Assembly (NCBI RefSeq): GCF_000181795.1
Contig: NW_003526948.1
Location: forward strand, 1,534,206-1,598,205
DNA length: 64,000 nt
Reading direction: 5' to 3'
Source: Trichinella spiralis
Taxonomy: Eukaryota
The notes beneath the pieces were generated by a model. The model had not been told where the DNA came from, did no database searches, and was given only the letters and a program-made list of their open reading frames with translations. This document shows positions 24,991 to 38,579 of this stretch, in pieces. How positions within the stretch are numbered: position 1 is the stretch's first letter; each line of letters begins with the position of its first letter. Made by a program: the position numbers and the translations under genes.

Positions 24991-27900
24991 TCAGCCGGCT
25001 GTCGAATTTGCGGATAATTTATCCAGTTGAAAAGAGCTACCAGTGGTGTGCAATTCACTTTCGTAACGTGATTCAGTTTTCAATTTCACAAATTGTTTAG
25101 CAATTTCATCGTAATGCCTTTGCGATAGAATACGAAGCAATATCAAGCCCGTATCATCTATATATTGACGTCGTCCCAGCTGTACCCAACAAGCACAAGA
25201 ACCATGTTCGGCAAAGCTGCGCAACTGCAAAACTCCGACTCCAATAAGTCGATCTTCCCTCGCAAAGCAATAATCTTTCGCTTGAAAAATAAGTTCATAA
25301 TTTTCCAGTTCATCTTCATTTCCCAAAATGCTAAAAAATATTTCCAATATATAATTTTAAACAAATAAAACTGAAATTTAACAAGATAAAAAAATATCAA
25401 ATTGAATTGAAAATCATATTCGGTTGTTCTAACACGGACATAATATATAACACACGATCAACAACAGCTTGATTGGAGTCGCACGATCAACTGCTTGGTG
25501 GATAGGAACGAAATTTCACATTCAAGATATTTACCGTAAAAAAATACTTACAAGTAAAAAACTTCATTAAATTTTGGAGCCCAGTTGTTCGTTTTCGTTT
25601 TTGTGGCAAATTTCCTTTTTTTGTCCGCTTGGTTCGGTCCCACTATGTGCACTTCAATAAATGGACGAAAAACTCCAGTTGTTTGCCATCTCAAATCATT
25701 CGCAGCCAATACTAATACAAGTAATTTTGTTTAAAATTATTAAAAAAATAAATAAATAAATACTTTTCACAGTGACTTTGTGCTCTCCTGTTCCTGGATG
25801 GGTGAACAGATCAACTTGTACACTTACTTCACCTACAGGCTCTTCTTGGGATGGCGAATCTGAAGTGAAAAATTAAAATCAAAACTGTTTATGATGAAAA
25901 AAATGATAAAATCTGTTTTTTGTTGCCCATATTAACCTTGTTCTTTCTGAAGTGCGATGAACGTTTTGATCAATTGATCTGTTGTTTGCGTGTACAAAGA
26001 TAAAGCATATTTTAGACTCTGATATTCAGCTGATTTTTCAAGAAAACTTTTCTTCAAACCGCTTCCACCAGCATGAAAGTAACTTTTCACAGTGTCAAGT
26101 GACGCGTCCAAAACAGTGCACTGCTTTGGAGTTAAACTACGATCCGATTCTCGAGCAAGATCCTATTTATCAAATTCATCTCACATTAAAACTAACATTT
26201 ATCCCAGCAAAGCTAATTCTACCATCACTTACCATCACCTCTTTTACTGAAGATATATTTTTCACTTCTTTCAAATGATTGGAAAGCAGTTTAGACATAT
26301 CCCCTATTTTGGCATTGGGAAGCTGCTTGAGTAGCTAAAATGTTGAAAAATGACAATGTTTGTAGCGTGAAAGAAATTTCAGCAATACTAACATTTCGAT
26401 CAGGAAAGACTGGAAGCACTACTAGCTTCTCCATACAGCTAATGGTAATTCGCCATAATTCCTTAAAAGCATCATTTTATATCACTTCTGATAATTCAGT
26501 TTCTTTAGAAAAGAAAAGAATCCCTTTCGGTACCTTTAACAACTTCTTTAACACAGTCTTCTCACACTGCTGAGCATATTGAGTCAAGGAAACATCAAGC
26601 AGATCCATCAATGGCTCGAGAATTAAATCTGCTTCAGCGGTGACTTGCGACTTTTGAACTTGACCACCACCTTTCACTCTCATTAATAAATTGCCCAATT
26701 TTACCGTCGAATCGTAAATATTACTTTCCAAGCTACAGTAATTTTATTTGATTTTATCTCTGATTTAAATACAGTTATTAGAAAACTGAAAAAAAGAACC
26801 AACCTTGCAGCAAATACATGCGTTAAACTCTCCAATACGTTGTTCAATTTCGACTGCAGTCCTTTGAGCACCTGTTGAGCGTCTTGATCTAACATTGCAC
26901 CACCCATACTTTCGTACATTTTTTCCAATTGAACACGCAATTGTTGGACGTTGTTCATCAAAATGCAAGCCTTAAATTAAAAATAATAAATCAAAATCCC
27001 AAAAACCCTCTAACTTGTTTCAAGTCAAATTTTACCAATTTTTCATTGCCAACGTAGCGGCTAAAATCCTTCTGTACCATGTCGGCGTATGCAAGTAGCA
27101 CTTTGTTAACAGTCTAAAAATATTCATTAAACTGCATAATAAGCAAACACCGCATAAAATAAAACTACATATGTATACCTTTGAAAAGCGTTTCATCATA
27201 TCACCGTAAACATCTGGATCAGGACAATCCATTTTACGAAGTACGTCAAGGCCCTGATTTAGCTGGGTAAAGACATCAACAACAGAATTGCTAAACAGTG
27301 TATGCTCACTGCTCTGCGGATACTGAAATTGAATTTGATAAGAGTATTTCTTTCAAAATTATTCAGCTGTGCATTGTCATTATTATTATTATCATTATCA
27401 TTATCACATACATTATCTTTTTTATCTCGTTCAAAAGCACCACGTAAAAAGTCCATTGAAATTTCATCGTTTTCATTCAACCATTGCATTACAAACGGAA
27501 TAAACCACCTACAAGTAAAGTAAATATAATATTCAAAAATTAATGATGCAATAGCAAATAATTCATACACAGGAAATTCTGGTATTGTTCCTTTGTAAGG
27601 AGGAATGTCAGCAACGTAATTATTGTAAAACCATTTAACTTTGAAATACAAATTCATGTAGTCGGAGCTTTTGCATTTTCTTTGTTCTGAATGCTCTGAA
27701 ACGTGCACAATTCGAAAAGTCATTCACAGCAAAAAAAACATTGAGAAATATAAACGATAAAAATAAAATTAAATAAAACAATCAGTAAATAATATTCCTT
27801 TTTTTATCATATGCATAAAATTCACACCAATATACATACGAAAAGAAAATTTTAAATCGAAATTGCTACAACGTACAAACCTTCTAAAGCAAGTTTAAGA

Positions 27901-30900
27901 TCGATTGTATACTGACTCCACATCGTTGCAGCGCTCAACTGGCCAATGTTTAATTCTTGCGGAAATCTATAAACAATTGAAAAATATTTCCCAATAAAGA
28001 TGATGAACAACAATAAAATTGCAATCACGAATTAATTTTTCGTACTGATTTAAAACAGGCGTGTAGATGTTTCTGTCTTCTTCAATGACTGAAATCATCA
28101 AAGCGATCATCTTATGCCAAAATTCAACTGAATCTGTCGATGGTCCAACAAGTTCTGGATTTGTAGTTAAAGCTTGATTTCCTTCGAATTCACGCTAAAC
28201 CGCAAAATATGCATTACCTACGAAATTGAAATACATGCAAATATAAAGTGCCAAACCTGGAACAGTTCGTAACAGTTTTCAAACAAAAATTGGTATGTTG
28301 ACTTAATGCAAGCTGTAGCACACTCACGAACGACGGTTGACGCCCTCGGTGGACTAGTAAGTTCCAATACCTAAAAAAATATTATTAAAAGTCACTTTTT
28401 ATTCCAATTCCATTCACTTCCTTCAGACAAAAAAGAGCAAAACGTGAAAAGATCGTTTTAAAATAGCAACAACAATTTTAAATACTTTATCTGCAGCCGT
28501 GTGTATTAATTATAAAGAAAAACAACTAAAATATATAAAAGCGGTTTGCATACTTTCATCCGAAAGAAAGTAATGGAAGTGAGCAAGTCGACGGTAGACT
28601 TTAAATCTTGCAGTTTTCCAGCGTTCGAGGCAGGAAAGTTATTCTTAAAAGCAAGAAAATAAAAAAAAATTACACATCCACATTATCATACGAATATCCT
28701 GCTATATTATCATACCCTGTACATTGATATGTCAATTCTGAGCGAATTGTGAAGTTGATCTAAAAGTTTTACAAATCGATCTTTCCCAAAATTAGATGCA
28801 GCAAATCTGTCCGAGGCAGAAACGGCAGATGTGGCCGTCGTATGAGCATAATAAGCATTTATATTGGCTAACAGTGTACTGATCACAGCAGGCACACCTT
28901 GACACATATATTTCGTACAAAGACAAGCAAAATGGATCATAGCTTGGTAAATTGATTCAATTCCATAACGCATTGCAAATTCATCAACAATTTCTTGGCC
29001 AGTTTCATCAAAATATACTTTCCACGACTCGTCCTGAATACAATATACGCTATGAATATAACTATTTATCAAGATTACATCGAGCAGTTCAACTGATACA
29101 CTGAAATTCATTCGTCAGCGTTATTACATTTCTCACAGCAATGTTAAATGCATGTTATGAGAAATGAAAGAAAGACAGTCCATATCTTATAAATAATATA
29201 TCCCGTCAAATTTTAGATACACGCAAACAAAAAGGTCATATTAAATTTCAATTCACTATATGCGCATATATTATATATATTTTTTTTCAGATTCTTACCC
29301 CTCTGGCGTCAGGTAACTTCAGTTGACCCATTTCTTTTGAACAATAATAGTTGAAAATATGCTCATGAAGACACGTATACTGATCGTGATATGGCGCCAC
29401 TTTTTCTTCGCCTTTTATTTCGACATTAATTTGAAGCCGTATCGCACCACTTACAGCTGACTTATCAGTTCGTTTTTCTGCAAAAGTAAAAGATAAATAT
29501 ATAAACTTTTAATTTCCAAGCCACGCATCAAACTTGTACTTACAATATAACAATTATAATATATTACAATATTAAATGAAGTGAAAATCAAAAATTCACA
29601 CCTAAATTGTACCAAACATCCATCTCTCCACTCAGAGTTCGCACTTCAATAATAGTTTGGCCCAAGAAATCATCTGATTCACGAGTTAACTTTTGCCTAA
29701 GCTTGCTTTTCAAATCATTATCTTCATCCCTGCAACACAAGTTCAACTGAAGCAACAAACTGAACAAATGCAACGTCTACAAGCTTACCAAACTCGTACT
29801 TTCACTCGATCAGTAGAATTATGACATTCACTGAAAAGAAGTAGAACTTTATAATAGTAAATAACGACAAAATATATTTTTTTTCATGAAATATATTTTA
29901 CAAGTAAAATTTTTCACTCCAAAATGGATTCAATTCTTGATGGATGGTTCTGGTGCGTTTTTTCACTTTACCAACCTGCACCGTCACGTAAGGATCACTT
30001 TTACCCGTTTTGTCTTTTGCACTGAGACCTTGAGCACATATGACTACAATGAAACATATCATTAACTGTAACATTAATCAATTCATAATACAATCACGAA
30101 AATGTAAATTAAAATCACCAGTTATGGCAATTTTAGCAGACCATTTGGCAGTTCCCTCTAAAATGCACTGTTTCACTTGTTTCATTGCTTCGTGATGCAT
30201 CTTTTTATCCACGTCAAAAACACGCCTACAAGCAAAGTGTACAGCTATAAAATGTGATTTCATCAATGTACATTATTGATAATTTGATTCAGCATCCATT
30301 CACTGATCAAATATAACGACATATCCTATAATGCATACCAGACAATATACAGAATTATTGGACAAAAAGTTATTGCTGAATATTTTATACGATTAATTAA
30401 TATTTTCATTTTCTTATTAAAAATTCACATTTTTGAAAAAACTGAAACATAATGCTGTTGAGATATTCTTCATTCACGCATACCGAATGTATTCGAAAAC
30501 TTCAGCTTTGTTTCGTTCTTGAATTTTCATGCGATCTTTCATGGCGGAAATAATACTCTGAGCACGATCACCACTTCCGCTGTGTTTGCTACTCTTTTCA
30601 GCTGCCCCTTAATTAATGAAAAAACAAAATTTAAATTATTACACTGAAAACGTTCTGTAAAAAATGAAGAAACAACAAAAGAAAAATACTTTGCAAACAA
30701 TCAGCGCTGAGCAAATCTTTGCATTTTTCGTGACATTTCACACCACATTCTGAACAACGCAAGCCTTGTCTAGCCAAACCCCAAAGCAAACCTTCACATT
30801 CGTAACAATACGTAGGTGACGTGGCAGTCCAGACTTGAAAATTGTGTGGCGTCGAAACCGAGATTGGATATATCAAAGCTTGAAGCGTTTTCCGATATAC

Positions 30901-33900
30901 GCGCATTTTCTACAAAAGTAAAAAATATGAAAATGAAAAAAATTATCATCAATCATCATTGATTGCCAAAGAAATTACCAACTCTTCATTTCCAAATGTT
31001 GTGCAAGCTGCACTAGCGAGGCCTGCTTGAGCTCTTTTTGTTGCCATTGTCTAAATGGAATGCAAATGCGCTGAAGTGCATAAATTTACAAACAGCCAAG
31101 CAAGCACAATCAGTGCACGCATACAGCGGCACCTGTACTAACCAAAAAGCTACAGGGTAGAAACTATTGATGATCGCAAAATGTGACATTTCGAACACAT
31201 TTCACGTTCCATTAACAAATAAAAGCAACGGTTAGGTTAGAGGCTAGATTAATAAAGTACGTGCAACGGATAAAATAAATTAACATAAAATAATTTAAAA
31301 ATAAAACCAACAGCTCAAACTTAAAAAAAGCATAATACGCAGGGGAAAATTTTCAACACTACCAGGGAAATCAACTACTTCAACTAGGGAAAACAAGCTC
31401 AGAGCACAGAACAACAAATAACATACGGTACTTGAGAAAGTTTACCTTCAGCACCTAGAATGAATGAACAGAATAAGAGAGTAGAATAATTGAAAATGAA
31501 CAATTAATTATATGTAGAAAGTGAAATAAAATAAAATGAAATGAAATGGATAAAATAAAAACAGCCCCCGCCCCTCCCTCCTTTACAACCCCTGTATGGT
31601 GTTCCACAAACAAATACTTACCAGTTCACTGACTAGAGGCACAGATTTTTTCTTCAAAAGTGCAATATTAGGCATGGCATCAATGCTCGTGTAAAAGTCG
31701 TACGTTTTCGGACTACTTTCCAAAAATGATTCCTGAAACATGTTCACATTTTTCCAATGAATATATTATATATCTAGAACAATCCACTGATTGGGGTGTA
31801 CTTTTGGTCCTAGTTGTTCGCAAATTCTTCGAAATGCAGTCACCCAGCGTTTTTTCGCATTCGACATTTCCATATTTACTGACGTTAAATTCATTTCACT
31901 TCCATTCACTGGTTGCAAGCAATTTTCTTCGGACGGTTTAATACTAGCAGAAATGTCGTTGGTCGGTCGAACCGATCCAGGCTGTTCAGTAGAAAAGCCG
32001 ATCTGAGAAGAAGCGGTATGCACTAACCCGTCACAAGGCTGCTCTTCAATAAGAACACTGGATTCATCTTTGGAGCCGAATTCGGTTTTCACTGTATGCG
32101 TAGAGGCGCTTTCCAACGACGTCTGCGGTGACACCATCGGATGACTGTCAGAACATTTGCTGAAATATAATTTTCACACAAAACGAATTCATTTTATAAT
32201 ACAAATACAAATCTGCTACGAAAATGCAATATAAAAAATTCGAAAAAAAATAATTAAATTCATTAAAACATTTTATGTTCAATTTTCTTCCACTCGTAAA
32301 GCAGTGGAACTTTGATATCACTAAAGATTCATTCATTCGTTGAATTTGACATGAACATTCAGACAATTTCTAACCAATCGCATTTTCCAATAAAATCAAA
32401 CAATTGCACGTTTATTTTGCTTTTAAAATAAGTCACTGATTTTAAATAAAAAATATCGAAAAATCTAATGATCACTGCATCTGATGACTATGTGAATTTC
32501 ACCAAAAAAAGTGCTAAGGAGAAGCAAATTAACAATCTTTTCTTTCACAAAGAAATCGATCACACAGTACAAACGTACGTAAATTCAGCAGGCCAATCCA
32601 ATCCACTGACAACGGTAAACAAAACACCCGTAACATACAAGTAAGATGACTGAAAATCATCCTGTTCACAATACCATTCAATTACAATATGCAATAAACA
32701 AAAAGTGAAGTTTTGTGAAAATTCAAAAACAATTAAAAAACAGTACCTGATTTTCATCAATACTGTACTAAATGCGCAAGTTGAACATTCTTAGTTTCAA
32801 TTATTTTCGTACTTTGATTGAAAAAAATTAAATGCATATGAATGTCTGTGAATTACTGCATAAATGTACAAAATAATTCTAAACAGTGAAAATGCTTTTC
32901 CTAGGAATGCCTACTTTCTGTTCAAAGATGCCATATTATTGTCGCATATCAAAAATAACACCTAATGTCAAAATACTTTTGTACCAAGATAATGTAGATC
33001 CTTTTCTGGGCATTTATGAATCGTTCATGATATCTGTTCTATGAGTAATTACAAAAAAATGAGAAACGCCTTTTACAGATTAGTGTTGATAATAAAAATG
33101 AAAATATATGTGTACAATCAAACATGTAAGGGCTAAAAGCATATGGATATTGCTCATTTAATACCGACTAAGCAGGATTTTTTTTGATGAAATATAAAAA
33201 ATAATATTTTACAAATGTAAGAATTTGCTGCACCAGCTACTGCTTGCCGTTCCACTGTCATGCATCTAGTCCTGATGGTGCAAATACAATTCAATTGCTT
33301 CTTTATTGAATGAAAATCATTTTCATTTCTGCTTCGTGTACCATATTAAACAATATGCAACAAAAAAGTATATGCACAATATGCATTGTTGGTTCCACTA
33401 CAGTTATGCCATTGATTTTTAATTCTAATTGAAATTTTTACGTCAGTGACATTTGAATAAGTCAAAATTCGGCGGCGCATCATTGAATAACAATCAAACT
33501 ATACCGACTGGCAAAAGTTGATAAGAAAACTCGCTGATGAATGGTGACAACACAAGTCACCAGTAAGAAGCGCCCAGTGAAAGCTTGGATCGATAGTTTT
33601 TCATTCGGTCATCATTGTTCCAAGAAAATCTTCTGTCAACGCGAATGCATCTTATACAGCCAACATTCACGTCCGAGGCAAATCCGCTACACTTTGAAGC
33701 AAAAAGCAGTGGAAAATTGGTCAATAACACCAATTCTGTCGGTTAATTCAAAGCAAAATGGACAATACTGCGAAAAAATTCATAACAGAAAAGACCAATT
33801 GCATTTGACAAAACCACCGCCAATCATTTAATACACACACACAATCCCTCGACGGGATAGTAAAATTTCAGAGGAGATATTTTGCAAACGTTCATAGCCA

Positions 33901-36900
33901 AGTATTATTCCACCACAACAAATTCATCAATTGGAAAAAGAAATTTGATGATAATTCATTTTGTGTAAAATTCAACAACAACATCCTACCGTTTCTCATC
34001 ATAATATAGCATCTCTAATGCAGAATTCAAACGCTAACTTGCATCTCAAAGTAGAAAAACAAAAATACAAAACTCACTCACCTTTTCAACAGGGTACCAA
34101 AATTTTGCTGCGACGACATACTCGACGAATTGGAGCCTTTGCGTGAGATGGAATTTCTGCATATTGAATCGCCAAAAGAGTCCGAATAAACGCCATGGCT
34201 AAATAAATATTATTTTCACTTCGTTGCACTTGTAAAATTAACAATACCACAAATATCATATTTTCCAACTTCGGAAAAACATAACTCGTGCAATAATGCA
34301 AAGCATGTCAAGGCGCCATTCAAAGCTTACAAAAAGCACAAAGCGTCATCTCTCGGTTTTAGAAGCAATTTTTCAATCGCAAACTAATTAATACCATCTT
34401 TCTGCGGAACATCTTTCAAACTTGGTGAATATTTAAACTCAAATTTAACAATTATAACTTATTTAGATTTTTTTTCATGATTCATAACAACAACATGAAT
34501 CAAAATAAACAACAATTAAACATTTATATTTTCTTTGTGAACAACGAGCACCGAAGATGATTCAATAAAAATTATTACAGAATACATTATAAATATAGTA
34601 GAATAATTCAGATGCAAATTTAACACCACTGCAGAAAATGAAAATCAAACAGAGCGTCAATAAACAACAATATATGAATTATTTTTTGTAAAAATGAAAA
34701 TGCAAGAAGAAATGGAAGCAGTAGATTATTCTTTGAAAATATTGATAGAAGCACGTCGACCATAAATGATGAATGCAGCTAACAAGCGAACATAAAAAAC
34801 AAATCATATACACGATTATATCTGTTGTACAAAAAACTGTAAAATTCTGCTCAATAATATGTACCTATTTACAGCTACAAATTATTAAACACCCACATTG
34901 GGCTAAATCAAATTATGCAGCAGCACTAGATTTATAAAATTAAAAATGAATGAAAAAATTGCTTACATTAACCATTTGCAGTAATGAAAGTATTCACACA
35001 GTTTTATTGATCATTTTGTCACCTTTGATAACCATTAAACGAGCATTAATTAGATTAAATTAAAAATGACTGAAACCATTTAGTCCTTCCTATAAAACTA
35101 AACAGCCAGTGTAATTAATGAATAATGAATACAACATACAGAGGATAAATATATAATTATGAATAAGTAAGAAAAAAACTCTACGTACTGTAAAGAAATT
35201 AAAAGTTCAAAATTGAAATAAAATCAGCAGCGCGTCAGAGCTTCGTGCAAAGTAAAAAGCAAATAGTTAAAAGATCAAAAATAAAATTGCTCAAATGCTA
35301 AGTAATAAGAACAATCACAGGCAACTGAAATGTTACCTCAAATTACACGGCTTGTCTACAAAGAAATCGTCATCCCAAACAGTCGCTTTTTTACTCCGAT
35401 GCCTGTCAAAATGAAATTATCAAAGCAATGTTTCTTGCTTTTTTAAATGCTGTACATACATACATACATACATACATATGATACATACTCTACACCTTAA
35501 CTTATTTGCTTACAATTAAGAATGAATAAATAAATTTCACTACATTCCATTCTGTGTGAACTCCTTCAAATTTATATAGCATGAAAAAATACAAAAAAAT
35601 ACAAAAAAGTATTACACGTCAAATCAAAAAATAAAATAAGCATAACCAAAGAGCAAAAAATGGATTTATTAATAAATCAATCGTGATTTTAAAATATATT
35701 TACTTGAAAAAGAATTTTAAATTTTCAAACTTTTACAGTATACAAAAACAGTAATCAGTGTTGTTTCACATGTAAAAAGCACAAATACTTTATTACAGTA
35801 CTATATATAGAAAAAATAAATCAAGTAATATTTATCTTCAATATTAGCTATTTGTGCAGAGTTGTCAAATATCACTTCATCCGTTTTGAGAATGAAAATT
35901 TTGTACCTTTATTTCGAAAGAAATTTACAAAAAAAAAATTCATACATATGTATAATAATTCAATAAAAGTTTAAGGTCTTTTACATTTTTTTCATTTCAC
36001 AAAAACAAAAAATAAATGCTCCATCCTGGCAACAATTTCAACCATAAAAAGCTCAAGATTATTGTTTAAGAATATATTTCTTTTTTACTATTTAAATAAT
36101 TATGTTAATTGTATTGAAGTGCTAAATATCATGTCTATCAAAAATCAAAAGCAGTATAAACAACAGCAGTTATAACATATTCATAGTGAAAATGATAATT
36201 AACTGTTTTAAGTGGAAAATAATCATAAAAGGCGTAAGACAATTATTTGAGAAAAAAGAAGTTATGGCAACTTGCCCATTTTAATTTTGAATATTTTGAA
36301 CGTGGAGATTGTCTGTAGAAAAAAAATTTGTCTAGTCTACTGTAATAATTACTCAATTGTTCCAAGACAAATAAAAATAACAATTAAAATTATCTTTATC
36401 GACATCTTTAAAATTTATAAGAAAAAAATGAAGCAAATACAAAAGTGGAACATATAACTTACCTATCGTTAGGCCTACTGTTGTAAAACAGAGGTTCTGA
36501 ATCGCTACAAGGGGACATATGATCTGACACTTCGTGCTCTGATGAATAAGTTCTAAGAAAAGCAAAACGAAACAATATTATTTAAGAAAATTTAAAAATA
36601 AAGTGTACTACTGGAGGATGTTATTCTACTAGTTACAAAGTTATTTATTGTGCACTCGTTGATTGGCACTTTTACATATGCATTATGTAACATTGAAAAA
36701 TCAACAAAAAATGAAAGCAGTTCATTTACGTAATTAAACATTATAAAATTAAAAATCGTTTCAACAACCAAACAACCAAATTCTCTTTTTACATCAAAAT
36801 TGCTTTTGCACTGATAAAAAATAAAATAAGAATTTTAGGTTTTCTTTGAAGAAATGTAAAGCATTTGCCTTTAACACAATCTGAATATAGTAATGAAAAT

Positions 36901-38547
36901 ATGAAAAAAGAAATAAGTTTAATGAAAAATTTCCCAACTATCCATCTAAGCTAGCTAGCTGGTCAATTATTCATCGCTGTACAAAATCACTACCATAACC
37001 TCTCTCCCCCTGCCCCTCCCCCTCTCCTTTCCCCAAGATGAATAGCAGCCGATGAATGTAAATGTAAAATATATCCATTGGAAGTGGCAATCAATTTTCA
37101 ATCAGAAAAATTCAATCATCCAAACAAAACGTCAGCACCATGCAAAGTTGTTGATTAAATGAGATATTATTTCATAAAAGTTAAATGGATAAAATAAAAA
37201 TTAGCGACCAATCTTGTACACTTGTGAAATTATTCATACACGTTCCATGGAAGAGTGAGAAAGTTTGACTAGTGAAAAGATAGAGATGAACAATTAGAAA
37301 TAGAGAAACAGGAATAAAATGAAATAAATGAATAACTTTTTGAAAAAATTTTGTTCAAATTATTGATATTTGAACATTTGAACAGAAAACATTCAGCAGT
37401 GGTTTGTCAAAAGTGAAAAAGCAACAAACAAACAAACCAAAAGCTGTATAATTAATATAACAAGTATAATATGCAATGATAAACAATTAGCAGAATAATA
37501 TATATAAACTGATCACATTGGGTAATGTGAAATAACAAGGAAAAAGAATTGGCAAGCAAATTGTTAGACTAAGCTGTAAGTGTGCATGCAATCAATGTGC
37601 CATCGTTCGAGAGGAACTGAATTTCTTGGAACTGAATTGTTCCAATCCAACTGCTGGCAAAAGACAAAATTGTCAAGCAGATATCAAATTGAAAATGAAC
37701 AACAAAATAAATACAAAGCTAGCCACAATTGACTAGCGCATAATAAAGCAGATACCAAAATCGATCACAGTCAACCTATATCATCACACCGACCAACTGG
37801 CCGTTAACAATTTCGTTAACATCAAAAAAGGTTCATTAAAACAATATTCTATATTAAAAAAACTATTTTTCTTATTTCTGTACTTATTATTATTATATAT
37901 TATATTATATTATATTATATTATATATAATGTATAAAAACTTGCTCAAAGTATTAATAAGAAAAATAACAAGCATCTTCTATTACAACATTGCAGAAGAA
38001 CTAATTTTGCAAATTATCTTTCGCAAAATTACGAACCAAAAAAAGCAATTCTCTGCTATAATTACTGATGTTGAAAAATTAAATTATGAATGAACGAACA
38101 TTGATTTGAATAAGAAAATGTTTCACAATTAAATATTCATTAATAAAAGTATTTTTCAATTTCCAAGCTCAGAAGATGGAAGGAATATTTTAAAAATAAA
38201 TTTGCACATTTTATTTTTCTTACCTCTCTTTGCTTGCTCTGAGATTGGCACGCCGTTTAGCAGCGGTGTTCACTTCCGGATGGCAGTTTTTACTGTCAAA
38301 ATTGCTTGCCTTGTCATTTGCATGGTAAGAATTCTCGTGAACACCGGTGGAGTTGTAATTCACTCTTGAAACTGAGCCTGGACTTTGAGGTTCACCCAAG
38401 TGTTGTTCGTCGTAATATTGATATTCAAACGACGACTGCTCTTCGGCGTTCTGCTTCGAGCTCGTTGCATAGTCTCGTTCATCTTCCAAAGACATCTACA
38501 ATACGTTCAAAAATAAGAGAAAATAATTTCGTAAAAATATTTAAATA

Positions 38548-38579
<32 letters not shown>

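Noticed and set aside
26218..26242. Duplicated GTGATGGTA at an unc-13 donor, creating a second GT 10 nt downstream
   Set aside because: The second site is weaker and out of frame; the first is a consensus GTAAGT.
32560..33831. Possible alternative first exon for a short UNC-13 isoform
   Set aside because: The region is moderately GC-rich, but I found no ATG-initiated frame reaching a phase-compatible donor. An internal promoter cannot be excluded.
37240..37655. Additional unc-13 cassette exon candidates (37268-37242/37240 and ~37648 onward)
   Set aside because: The better donor gives a frameshifting 29-nt exon, and the other block hits stop codons before a good donor.
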